From a virus: a stretch of 64,000 nucleotides of DNA. Shown here one piece after another: positions 17,493-26,436 of the stretch (positions within the stretch are counted from its first letter, which is position 1; each line of letters opens with the position of its first letter). The DNA is taken from the IMG/VR virus record IMGVR_UViG_3300035698_015907. One strand, given 5' to 3'. The notes below the pieces were generated by a model, which made no database searches, was not told where the DNA came from, and saw only the letters and a program-made list of their open reading frames with translations. A program made the position numbers and the translations under genes.

Positions 17493-19134
17493 CTCTTAGA
17501 ATTGTTGGATCGGGTTTTAGTAGCTGAGGAGGCATAATATTCCCAGTCTGGGGATCTATTACTATTCCATCAGCTTGTGCTCTATTGAATAGCTCCTTCT
17601 GTAGATCTAGGTCTTCAAGCTTGCCCTGAGTTGCCGCGATCTTTTCTTCTTCAGCTTCAACAGAAATTTCGTTTCTCATATCTTCTATCTCATTTTCAGA
17701 TAGCTTCAATATATGATTCCATATAGACTTTTTTGACCAATACTTTCCAACAAAACTTTCTGTTTGTGGTTCTAAAAGCTGCAATGTTTCAATTCTCATC
17801 TTCATAATTTCTGCTTCGCGGACTTCTGAATAATAAGAGTCCTTAGCATATCTTACTTTGATGTTAACGAAATTGTCATCCCATTCATCAACTCTTATTA
17901 TTTTCTTAAGAACTAGCTGCCTTTCTAGCGCTAACAAAAGTACTTCAGAAAACTTGAGTCTTAATCTATTTATGAATCTTGCAAATTTGTCTTCATCTCG
18001 TGAAATTTCAGTACCTCTTCCGAGCTGGAACATAGACTGAGATTCGAGTCTACCAGCTGGAACATTAAGAGACTTATATAGCTGACGCAAGAAATATTCA
18101 ACATCAGACATTTCACCTAGATTCTGACCTGCGGGAAGTGTAGAAATTTCAGTACCTCTACCACCTTCACGTCTTGGAAGCCAAAAGTCTTCCAACATAG
18201 TCATAAATTTACGATCATCCCTAACTTCACCAGTAGCAGAGTCGTAAACAATTCTATTCTTGAATTTTTCCATCAATGACTGCACATACTGTTCAGCCTT
18301 TGTTCTTGGTAGGTTACCAACATCAATATAGAAAATTCTTCTTTCAGGAGCTCTAGATATGCGGTAAATAACAACCGAATCTTCAAGCGCTCTTAGATTA
18401 TTAAGAGGCTTAATAGCTTTTTGAAGATATGAAACTACTATTGTGTGGGATTTGTCTAGAAGATCTGAAGTAACTTCAATAATAGAGTCTTTAGCTATTC
18501 TTGTGCCTTCGGAATTTCCTTGCACATCCATAGTGCCAGTTACTTTAGAGAAACCTTTTGGATTGAACAAATAATATTCTTGTTCAAATTCAATAGCTGA
18601 TATGCTCTTGCCTCTATTTGGCTCCGTTCTCTTTAGTTCTTTGATTTTTCTGACTTTGCGTGGATCAATAAAGCGCAAATCTTTAATGCCAGCGCCTGGA
18701 TTGTCTACATCAATGACTACGTGGAAATATATTCTTCCATCAATATACCACTGACGGAATAATCTATAAGCATCAAGATTGAAACGATACAATTTTGAAA
18801 CGTTTTCAAATTCTTCTCTTATATTTTTTTTTATTTTGTCACTAAATTTTGTATCATCTAAATTTAGTGTTACAATGGGCTCGTTTGAATCCTGCACAAT
18901 TGCTTCATTAACAATATCTTCAATAGCTGAATCCACTTCTGGGTGTCCTGCTAGCTCACGATACTTATTAATAAGTTGTGCTTGTGAACGGACTGATCCG
19001 TCCATATCAACATAGGTACCAAACACACCGGCCGGAGCAACAACCATTGCTCCGTCGTCAGATTCCTTCGGTACGAATGAAGGCTCTTTCGCGGGATTGT
19101 CTGTCCTACGAATTTCAAAACCAAATAATTTCAA
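17485..19134 (-). CDS. 20: Portal protein gp20
   Basis: LFGF start, YRISRAPERRIFYIDVGNLP and EDFWLPRREGGRGTEISTLP. Confidence 0.98.
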   Translation of the reverse strand: MKLFGFEIRRTDNPAKEPSFVPKESDDGAMVVAPAGVFGTYVDMDGSVRSQAQLINKYRELAGHPEVDSAIEDIVNEAIVQDSNEPIVTLNLDDTKFSDKIKKNIREEFENVSKLYRFNLDAYRLFRQWYIDGRIYFHVVIDVDNPGAGIKDLRFIDPRKVRKIKELKRTEPNRGKSISAIEFEQEYYLFNPKGFSKVTGTMDVQGNSEGTRIAKDSIIEVTSDLLDKSHTIVVSYLQKAIKPLNNLRALEDSVVIYRISRAPERRIFYIDVGNLPRTKAEQYVQSLMEKFKNRIVYDSATGEVRDDRKFMTMLEDFWLPRREGGRGTEISTLPAGQNLGEMSDVEYFLRQLYKSLNVPAGRLESQSMFQLGRGTEISRDEDKFARFINRLRLKFSEVLLLALERQLVLKKIIRVDEWDDNFVNIKVRYAKDSYYSEVREAEIMKMRIETLQLLEPQTESFVGKYWSKKSIWNHILKLSENEIEDMRNEISVEAEEEKIAATQGKLEDLDLQKELFNRAQADGIVIDPQTGNIMPPQLLKPDPTILRDG

Positions 19135-19173
19135 ATTAAAAACTCACTCTCTTCATTTAAGAAGGCTGGATGG

Positions 19174-19209
19174 ATAGAATGGGCAGATTTCCCGCCCATT
19201 CTATTTATT
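19174..19209 (-). promoter_or_regulatory. Late promoter (AATAAATA) overlapping an 11-bp inverted repeat upstream of gene 20
   Basis: ATAGAATGGGC-N9-GCCCATTCTAT at 19174-19204; TAAATA at 19202-19207. Confidence 0.55.
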
Positions 19210-19244
19210 ACAGTAATCTGGTGATGTTTCTCACCATATCATTA

Positions 19245-19880
19245 TTATAGTACTGGACTCCAGTTCTTTGCAGAACCATCAACTCCTAGATACTTACCAG
19301 TACCACCAGAACCATTATAGTTCTCATCAGCACCTGGTACCCAATAGTCGTATGCCAAAGTTACCTGGAAAGTCTCAATCTGGTTGGTTGCACCCCAATC
19401 TAGTCTGATTGGTGATACTTCAACCGGGAACATGCCTGAGAAGGTATAAGCTCTAATAGCATCTTCAACATCATTACCAGCTTTTTCTTTAGATAGCTGA
19501 TAAACTGTAGCTACTGACTTATATCCAAGACCCGCAAATTCTGGGTCCTTTTTATTAGAAACATGAGTGTTTATGCCATTAAGCCACGACTCGAAAGCCG
19601 CCTTAATAACGAAGTCTTCGTCGTTGAGGACTTCAATATTCCAGTCTGCGAAGGTTCTATTTCCTTCAAGCTTAACAGTTCTACCGAAATAGTGAACTGG
19701 AACTTGTTCTACTCTAGTTTCTGGTAGAGATGCAGCCTGGGCAAGAAACCTCAGTCTGTTGTTCTCTGCCGTGCCATTAGATGCAAGGGATGGGAACGAA
19801 ACCGAAACTTCGAAAAGAGTTGGTCTCGCACCATCAAACTTGAGACCCTCAGCCCTGAATGCGTTAACGTCGAATGCCAT
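19245..19880 (-). CDS. 19: Tail tube protein gp19
   Basis: GARPTLFEV, AASLP, YFGR.VK..GNRTF.DW, NDEDF and F.VT.AYDYW. Confidence 0.97.
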   Translation of the reverse strand: MAFDVNAFRAEGLKFDGARPTLFEVSVSFPSLASNGTAENNRLRFLAQAASLPETRVEQVPVHYFGRTVKLEGNRTFADWNIEVLNDEDFVIKAAFESWLNGINTHVSNKKDPEFAGLGYKSVATVYQLSKEKAGNDVEDAIRAYTFSGMFPVEVSPIRLDWGATNQIETFQVTLAYDYWVPGADENYNGSGGTGKYLGVDGSAKNWSPVL

Positions 19881-19900
19881 TTGTATCTCCTAAGTGGTCA

Positions 19901-22417
19901 TTACCCGTTCGGGGTTATGAGCTCGGTGAATGCTACACCAGTTGGGGTAGCAATAAAGTTCAGGGTTATGAAGTTGATGCTCCTAGCCGGCTTGATATAA
20001 ATGTCTCCGACAAACTCATTCCTGTCAATTACGTCAGGAGGATTGTTTGTTGAGTCACATACAACTAAGAAGTCAGTGATACCTCTTCTACCCTGTACTG
20101 TTCTTAGATACGGGATCACTAGATTTCTAAAGGCTGCTCTAGTGAAGGCATCATTGAATTCGAATAGGATATACCTAGCCGAGGCAGAGATTGACTTCTC
20201 AAGAACTATAAAGAGTCTACGAACATTAATTCTATCAAAAGCTGATGGCTTAGCAAGAAGGGTCTTATCTCCTAGTAGAAGATGTCCTTCACCCTTCATA
20301 TTAATAACCGGGTTAACTCCATTCTTATAGAGTAGATCCCTGTCAGCTTTACGAGGATTGTAAGCCAAACGAATAATATTCTTTATCTTACCTCTATTTA
20401 GGCCAGCTGGAGACCACCAAGCATCATTTGTATGCTCTGTTCTTGCAGTTAATCCAGCCATATCACCATTAAGTGGAATATACCTGTATAGATTATTATA
20501 TCTATCGTAAGTATATTTGTATCCAGAGTCTAAGAATGCATAAGATGTACTTCTTAGAGTATCTCTGAATGATACAACATCAACAGCTTCACTGCCTTCA
20601 TTATTAACAACGTCGCCTCTATCTGGTGATACAAACACAACACAATCTTTTCTGACTTCAGCAATGTTATCAATTAGATAATTGGCAAGCTGTCCACCTG
20701 CAGTTCCGCCTCTTGCTTTACCAGCAATTAGGAGAGATACATCAACTTCTTCACCTGGAACATATAGGTCCCAAGCATTAGATAGAACACCGATAGCAAT
20801 AGTTGATTCATCAGAACCATCAGTACCATACTTGAATGAACTCGTTAGAGGAGTGTCATTTATAGATGAAGCTATATTAGCACCGTTTGCTGAAGCTGCG
20901 CCAGACCTATCATTAACAATCCAAACATACTTAGATGTCTGATTGATTTCAGTCTTATAATAGTTTGGCTGACCATCTTCTGATGTAGAGTCAGTAGCTC
21001 TTGAAAGCTTTTCGAACTTCTCAAGAATACTTCCTGGTACACCAGTGAATTTGCCATCCTCATCAACAACCACTACGTGAATTTCGTCATTGGCTGATGT
21101 GTTACCATTACCTAGAACGTATGAAGTTTGTCCAGGTGCAACATCAAATACATCAAAGAACTCCCACTTCCTCTGAATTGAGGTGAGTGAAGTATTTTGT
21201 GACTTCTTATACTTATCTTCTAAAGATAGATTAAAGGAAGCCGTAGTACCAGATATTGGAGCCCAATCAGATGCAGTATTAGTGAAAGCACCGTTAGTTT
21301 CTAGGACCGCAGTATTTGAATCTGCAACACTTGCTATCTTATGAGTTGTATAAGATGTAGCATTAGAGAATACTGCAATAAAGTCGCCTGCATCTAATAA
21401 AGCAAATGCACCATTATCAGAATCTACGGCTGTAGTACCAGATGATACATTGATTGTGTCAGCAGAATTTGCTGAGATTGTAACATTTGAAACACTTCCT
21501 ACTGCAGTAACTTTGATGTGCTGCTGACCAACAAGAGTATTTCCTGATACTATAACATCTCCAACTGATACGTCAGCTATAACGGCTGCTGCAAAAGAGT
21601 TGAATGTGTTAACATCAAAGGTTGTTAGATCCGAATTAGCACCGATTGAAACTGTTGCAGTATTCGAGTCAACACCGAATGATATATTACCAGTCAAATT
21701 TCCTGTATTGCTTAGGCCGATGTTTGACTCAAACGAACTTGAAGAGTCACAAACAGAAATCTTAAGAGAATTTCCGATAGCACCTGGCCATTTAGCAATG
21801 AAAACCACATCAGAATCAAAGTCTGAAGAGTCGAATTTAGTATCGAAGGAATCACCAGTCTTAATAATCTGATTTGTTAGATTAGAAACTGCTGCAGTGT
21901 TTACTATAGCATTATAAGTTGTAGTATTTGAAACAAACTGCAATGAAACTGCTTCCTCATTCGCAAAAGCATCACTTGATGATGCTAGAGAAATATGAGT
22001 TGCATTGGTTACAGTAATTGTAGTTCCAACATTGATTGAGGATACATTAGAAGCAGCCATTAGGATCATGCCATTTGATAGGCTTGATGTGTTACCGACT
22101 GAAACTGAAGTATTTCCTAGTTCAATATTTGCAGTAACGATAGGAGATACTCCAGTCGTATTAGCTGCTCTTGTTACCCACAGGGAAGAAGCATAAGCTA
22201 GAAAGCCTGCTGCGGAAAAGAATGTTTCTGGGTTAATATTTGTCGGTTTGCCGAACCTGTTAATGAGATTAGCTTCAGAGTCAATTAAAACTCTTTCGTT
22301 AACTGGGCCCCAGCGGAATACACCCGCAGTTGCTCCGAAAGCGGTAGCTTCACCCGGCACACGCAGGGTCTCATCTCTCTCGTTGGTGACAACACCCGGG
22401 CTTATCTGAAAGGCCAT
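19901..22417 (-). CDS. 18: Tail sheath protein gp18, enlarged by internal insertions
   Basis: SPGV...E.D, WGPV, WWSPAG.NRG, FDRINVRRLF and IYIKPARSINFI.LNF. Confidence 0.98.
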   Translation of the reverse strand: MAFQISPGVVTNERDETLRVPGEATAFGATAGVFRWGPVNERVLIDSEANLINRFGKPTNINPETFFSAAGFLAYASSLWVTRAANTTGVSPIVTANIELGNTSVSVGNTSSLSNGMILMAASNVSSINVGTTITVTNATHISLASSSDAFANEEAVSLQFVSNTTTYNAIVNTAAVSNLTNQIIKTGDSFDTKFDSSDFDSDVVFIAKWPGAIGNSLKISVCDSSSSFESNIGLSNTGNLTGNISFGVDSNTATVSIGANSDLTTFDVNTFNSFAAAVIADVSVGDVIVSGNTLVGQQHIKVTAVGSVSNVTISANSADTINVSSGTTAVDSDNGAFALLDAGDFIAVFSNATSYTTHKIASVADSNTAVLETNGAFTNTASDWAPISGTTASFNLSLEDKYKKSQNTSLTSIQRKWEFFDVFDVAPGQTSYVLGNGNTSANDEIHVVVVDEDGKFTGVPGSILEKFEKLSRATDSTSEDGQPNYYKTEINQTSKYVWIVNDRSGAASANGANIASSINDTPLTSSFKYGTDGSDESTIAIGVLSNAWDLYVPGEEVDVSLLIAGKARGGTAGGQLANYLIDNIAEVRKDCVVFVSPDRGDVVNNEGSEAVDVVSFRDTLRSTSYAFLDSGYKYTYDRYNNLYRYIPLNGDMAGLTARTEHTNDAWWSPAGLNRGKIKNIIRLAYNPRKADRDLLYKNGVNPVINMKGEGHLLLGDKTLLAKPSAFDRINVRRLFIVLEKSISASARYILFEFNDAFTRAAFRNLVIPYLRTVQGRRGITDFLVVCDSTNNPPDVIDRNEFVGDIYIKPARSINFITLNFIATPTGVAFTELITPNG

Positions 22418-22449
22418 CTACGGTTTGCTCCTTGTAGGATTTTTGTAAG

Positions 22450-22457
22450 TATTTATA
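22450..22457 (-). promoter_or_regulatory. Late promoter for gene 18
   Basis: TATAAATA, then AAGGAG. Confidence 0.88.
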
Positions 22458-22461
22458 CGAG

Positions 22462-25173
22462 CTACGTATTCACTTCTGTCCACAAATCTGGTCCAGATTT
22501 TATAACAGAATCATTGTCGCGGCCCGTGCTTATTATACCAAAAGGAACAACTTCTTCCTCTATAGCATCAGAACCCATTTGATATATGGATTTTACAACG
22601 TCAGTATTTGTTAGGTCTCTAAAATATGGTTGAGAAGATACCCAAGCAAATAATACACAGCACATTACTAGATCATCATTTCCTCTCTCAGCCTCATAGT
22701 GGCCTGTTTTTGTGAGAGAGAAACGAGTTAATTCAGAATAGATATTCAAATCTGATATATCAAGCTGATCAACTTCTATCATAGACTTTAGATTTGCACA
22801 TCCAAGTCTTTTAACTGTTTTAGTAGTCTTAACTCCAAGCTGAGATTTAGACACACCAAATCCAGATGAAATTTCGTGATTTTTGGTTCTCGCAGCAGTC
22901 ATAATGATATTTTCGTATTCTATATCATTATGAAGTATATCTACTACTTGATGTCCTAGATCGTTAGTTTCGATTAATAGCTGAGCATTGTTGAAATATG
23001 TAGCAGCTTCCATTATATACTTCGGATATAGTATAGAGCTTACTGTATTATTCCTAAATGTACATACTACTTTATAAGGAACAGATGATGTATCAAATAC
23101 AACAAATGCAGAATAATCTTGTCCTGAACCATGACTAGTATCAATCACTATCATATAAGAATGTGATCGATCTGCCTGTTCAAAGAATTTGAAACCGTCT
23201 GGTGTCCAATGAATAGGTTCTTTTTGGGTGCCTTCCATCATTGTTAACTTAGAACCAGATATAAGAGTCATTGAAGAACCAAGGAATTCAGTTCCGAATT
23301 CCTGAGCAAAACCTCGTTCAGTCATCAATGCAATTTGCTTCTCCTGCCAAGCATTATCTCTTCCAGGAATCATAGACCAGTGAACTTCTATGGGTTTAAA
23401 TCCATTCCACTCTGGTCGACCATTTTCGTTTGTTTGGCCCTTTTTCTTGGCTTTCGTCCAAATATTATAGAACATATTCATGCCATTTGGTGTAGAAGCT
23501 ATGAATACTTTAGTAGTCTTTCCTGAAGAAATAGTTGGAAAAACTGAGTACCAAAATTCTTCCTGGATATTATCAGGAACAATAGCAAATTCGTCAAGAA
23601 ATACGCAATTATGAACATTAATATCATTAGCTACAAAGCTATTAACATCCTCAACTTCTAATAGATCGTACACATCAGCAAGTCCATTTTGAACTTTTAA
23701 AGCTTCAGAATTTTCAGCTTTTATCCAATTATTATTTTCAAATATAAGATGATCTGGAGTACATACTATAGTTCTACCATCTTTATATGTTAAATGTATA
23801 GTTTCTCTTTTAGATGTAACCTTAATTCCTTCGAATTTTTTGAATCCATCAGCAGTTAAGACGCGTAATTGGCCTTCTTTAAGCTTTTGTTCCAAGGAAT
23901 TCGACCTTTCGCTGCTTCGCTCATTTTTTTCTTTGAAGCTTCTGATCTCTTCGAACCAAGATTCTTTTGCGCTGTTTTCTGTATTTTTTCTGGATTCCGA
24001 TTTATTTTGTTTATATGATCTTCTGTTTTTTTCAGCCCCGTTAATCCATTCGATATATTCTTTCGATTCTCTTCGCTTCTTTTGAATCCTAGAAGTTTTC
24101 CTTTTAGAGAATTTGACATTTTCTTTTTCGATTCTTCTGTATGAATCCTTCCAGTCGCTGATTTCGACATTTTCTTTTTTGTTTCTTCGGTGTGAGTTGT
24201 CCCTAATCTCTGTATGCTCATGGCTTTTGATTGTTCTTGGCGTATAATCATTTTTTGAGCTTCCGTCATTTTCAACATTCTGCCTTGACTGCCAGTCATC
24301 ATTCTGTGTAAAGAAAATGACATCTTCTGATGTATTATTCCTTCCGTCATTTTCATTAAGAGTTTGTGCGCTAACAAGTGTTCTTTTACTGTTAACAGTT
24401 GCATATTCTCTTTTTTGTTCGTTCCACCCAAACATTTCGGGAAGATGTGATGATTTTCCAAATAATATAGCTCTGCTTTTGACCGACTTGGTCTCGATTT
24501 CATCAAATTGAAGTACCATGTCGCGTACTTTCCATTTTTGTACCAAGTCATATAGTTCTCCTATATTCATTTCAACTATATTATCATCTTCATCAGCTAC
24601 TGTTATTTTAGATTTGTATCCAATACAATTGATTGAATATCCTCTTACTGCTGCTGGAGAAGTAGCATTAGATAATATTCTAGAACCATTTTCTAATTCT
24701 ATAGAAGACTTGTTCCATGATACAACACCTTGCTGTAACCATGAAGGCAAAAATTCATATGATATTTTTATTCTATCAACAATTTCAATAGCTGTTGTAT
24801 GTTTGTTAGCAAGAATAGCAGTAGTATAACTTTTATTGAATAATATTGACCATAGAAGATACGCAGATGTTGTTGCAGTCTTTCCTGACTGACGACCAAT
24901 CTTACATATAACATATCTTTCTTCTTCGAAAGATCTTATAATATCTTTCTGCCAATCCCACATCTTGAAAGAAATAATGCCTTCATCAAGAGATATAATC
25001 TTTACATAATTTTCAATAAAGTAAATAGGATCTTTAGCACACTTAACGTATTCTTCAACTTGTTCTAATGTGAATTGAATTCTTACGCTAGGCTTTTTGA
25101 CTTTAAAGTTAGGAGGATAGAAACATTCATCACCTAACTCTTCACTTGGTTTTCCTCTATTATCATTCATCAT
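22462..25173 (-). CDS. 17: Large terminase gp17 containing an intein (563 aa after splicing)
   Basis: KCAKDPIYF, GRQSGKT, Walker B region split as RGYSIN / CVFLDEFA, STPNG, nuclease motifs IDTS.G.GQDYS and NDDLVM. Confidence 0.97.
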   Translation of the reverse strand: MMNDNRGKPSEELGDECFYPPNFKVKKPSVRIQFTLEQVEEYVKCAKDPIYFIENYVKIISLDEGIISFKMWDWQKDIIRSFEEERYVICKIGRQSGKTATTSAYLLWSILFNKSYTTAILANKHTTAIEIVDRIKISYEFLPSWLQQGVVSWNKSSIELENGSRILSNATSPAAVRGYSINCIGYKSKITVADEDDNIVEMNIGELYDLVQKWKVRDMVLQFDEIETKSVKSRAILFGKSSHLPEMFGWNEQKREYATVNSKRTLVSAQTLNENDGRNNTSEDVIFFTQNDDWQSRQNVENDGSSKNDYTPRTIKSHEHTEIRDNSHRRNKKENVEISDWKDSYRRIEKENVKFSKRKTSRIQKKRRESKEYIEWINGAEKNRRSYKQNKSESRKNTENSAKESWFEEIRSFKEKNERSSERSNSLEQKLKEGQLRVLTADGFKKFEGIKVTSKRETIHLTYKDGRTIVCTPDHLIFENNNWIKAENSEALKVQNGLADVYDLLEVEDVNSFVANDINVHNCVFLDEFAIVPDNIQEEFWYSVFPTISSGKTTKVFIASTPNGMNMFYNIWTKAKKKGQTNENGRPEWNGFKPIEVHWSMIPGRDNAWQEKQIALMTERGFAQEFGTEFLGSSMTLISGSKLTMMEGTQKEPIHWTPDGFKFFEQADRSHSYMIVIDTSHGSGQDYSAFVVFDTSSVPYKVVCTFRNNTVSSILYPKYIMEAATYFNNAQLLIETNDLGHQVVDILHNDIEYENIIMTAARTKNHEISSGFGVSKSQLGVKTTKTVKRLGCANLKSMIEVDQLDISDLNIYSELTRFSLTKTGHYEAERGNDDLVMCCVLFAWVSSQPYFRDLTNTDVVKSIYQMGSDAIEEEVVPFGIISTGRDNDSVIKSGPDLWTEVNT
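23608..24627 (-). mobile_element. Intein, 340 aa (gp17 residues 183-522), inserted just before Walker B
   Basis: Block A CIGYKSKI; block B CTPDHLIF; block F DVYDLLEV; block G VANDINVHN followed by Cys+1. Removal restores GYSIN-CVFLDE. Confidence 0.95.
23856..24551 (-). CDS. HNH homing endonuclease with NUMOD3 repeats, nested in the +1 frame inside the intein
   Basis: ENHHIFPKCLGGTN..ENMQLLT.KEH..AH.LL followed by HTEETKKKMS-type repeats; AGGAGA 5 nt before the ATG. Confidence 0.92.
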   Translation of the reverse strand: MTWYKNGKYATWYFNLMKSRPSRSKAELYYLENHHIFPKCLGGTNKKENMQLLTVKEHLLAHKLLMKMTEGIIHQKMSFSLHRMMTGSQGRMLKMTEAQKMIIRQEQSKAMSIQRLGTTHTEETKKKMSKSATGRIHTEESKKKMSNSLKGKLLGFKRSEENRKNISNGLTGLKKTEDHINKINRNPEKIQKTAQKNLGSKRSEASKKKMSEAAKGRIPWNKSLKKANYAS

Positions 25174-25624
25174 TCTTTATTTCTCTTGTTTTAGTCTGGA
25201 CTCCGTTGTCTTCTAACATTTTTTGGAGACCCTCAGTAGTTAATATCAAATTATTATTAACTGTTGTTGGACCAGTTTCTTCACCAGAAAGCTTTTCTAT
25301 TTCTACCTTTTTCTTAGATAGTTCTAATAAATCTTTGCTGCCATTAAGTATTGTAGATGTAAGAGTAGCAAGAACTTCATATATTCTAGGAGTCTGAGAT
25401 GCACGAGCTAATCCAGTAAGCTCATCAAGTGCATCTGATGCTTTCATTAGTGTATCTATCGTGGTCTGTCTAGAAAGTTCATAATCAGAATCTATTTCAG
25501 TTCTTCTGTTTCCTTCATAAACCGCAATCTGATTAGATTGCTCTTCTTTACCAAGATCACTTTCTATTCCTAGAGACTCTGATAAAGGGTCCCATATCTT
25601 CTTATTTTTTTCATTTTCACTCAT
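25163..25624 (-). CDS. 16: Small terminase gp16
   Basis: DYELSR, PRIYEV and TVNNNL...T..LQKML; immediately upstream of gene 17. Confidence 0.92.
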   Translation of the reverse strand: MSENEKNKKIWDPLSESLGIESDLGKEEQSNQIAVYEGNRRTEIDSDYELSRQTTIDTLMKASDALDELTGLARASQTPRIYEVLATLTSTILNGSKDLLELSKKKVEIEKLSGEETGPTTVNNNLILTTEGLQKMLEDNGVQTKTREIKNDE

Positions 25625-26436
25625 TATTCAATGTCCTCAATAAATCCATAATCATCATCCCAATCTATATCAGAATAATCTAACGAAATACTAGCATTTG
25701 ATGTTGGTGTGCCATTAGCAGTAAGGCCCGGAGTTATAGTATAGGTAGTATCGAAAGAATTGGCGACAACAGCACCATTACTATCCAACAACCCAGCACG
25801 AATTTTAGCAACCTTGATAATCTTGTCTTTTCTGACTGGTCCATAAAAGAATCCTTTTAATTGAAAGGATAATGTGAAAGTGATTAATCTTTCATCTTCT
25901 AGATTTCCTTCCCATGTATCATTCAAATCTACAGGATTAAGTATCACTGGAATATCTATAAGTATTTCAGGATCATCGATGATCCTAATTGTAGTTGTAA
26001 AATCTGGTGTAAACCATGGAACTATTTGTTCTACGATTTTAACACCATCAGCCATGCTTTTTACATTAACCTGAAGTTCAAAATTGAAATTGTATGGAAC
26101 TGGATTATATACATTAGTTGCTATATTTTTATTAGCAGCATTTATTCCCGGAACTCTTCCTAGTTTATTTAAGTGTCTATCTCCATCATAATAGAATGAA
26201 TGAAGTTTAAAACTCATAAATGGCAAAATCGCAGACCATGGTCGATTAAGATCTGGATCAGAGTTTGCACGAGCGAGCGCTTTGTCTCTCGGACCCCAAA
26301 CAATTGGCACTTTTATAAGTCTAGTAATACTATTATCAGTAGGATCAAGTCGTTCTATGTAAATCTCATTAAAGAGCGTACCGAAAAGACTTACGTATCT
26401 ACTAACTGAGTTATGAAAAAATCTATATCCAAACAT
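25624..26436 (-). CDS. 15: Tail sheath stabiliser gp15
   Basis: F+...Y..LFGTLFN, PVPYN, IVEQI.P.F.P and DIPVIL. Confidence 0.93.
   Translation of the reverse strand: MFGYRFFHNSVSRYVSLFGTLFNEIYIERLDPTDNSITRLIKVPIVWGPRDKALARANSDPDLNRPWSAILPFMSFKLHSFYYDGDRHLNKLGRVPGINAANKNIATNVYNPVPYNFNFELQVNVKSMADGVKIVEQIVPWFTPDFTTTIRIIDDPEILIDIPVILNPVDLNDTWEGNLEDERLITFTLSFQLKGFFYGPVRKDKIIKVAKIRAGLLDSNGAVVANSFDTTYTITPGLTANGTPTSNASISLDYSDIDWDDDYGFIEDIE

Noticed and set aside
23856-24551. Group I intron carrying the HNH gene inside gene 17
   Set aside because: The HNH ORF fills essentially the whole insert and is flanked directly by intein-coding sequence, leaving no room for a ribozyme core. The host frame is also open, so RNA splicing is not needed.
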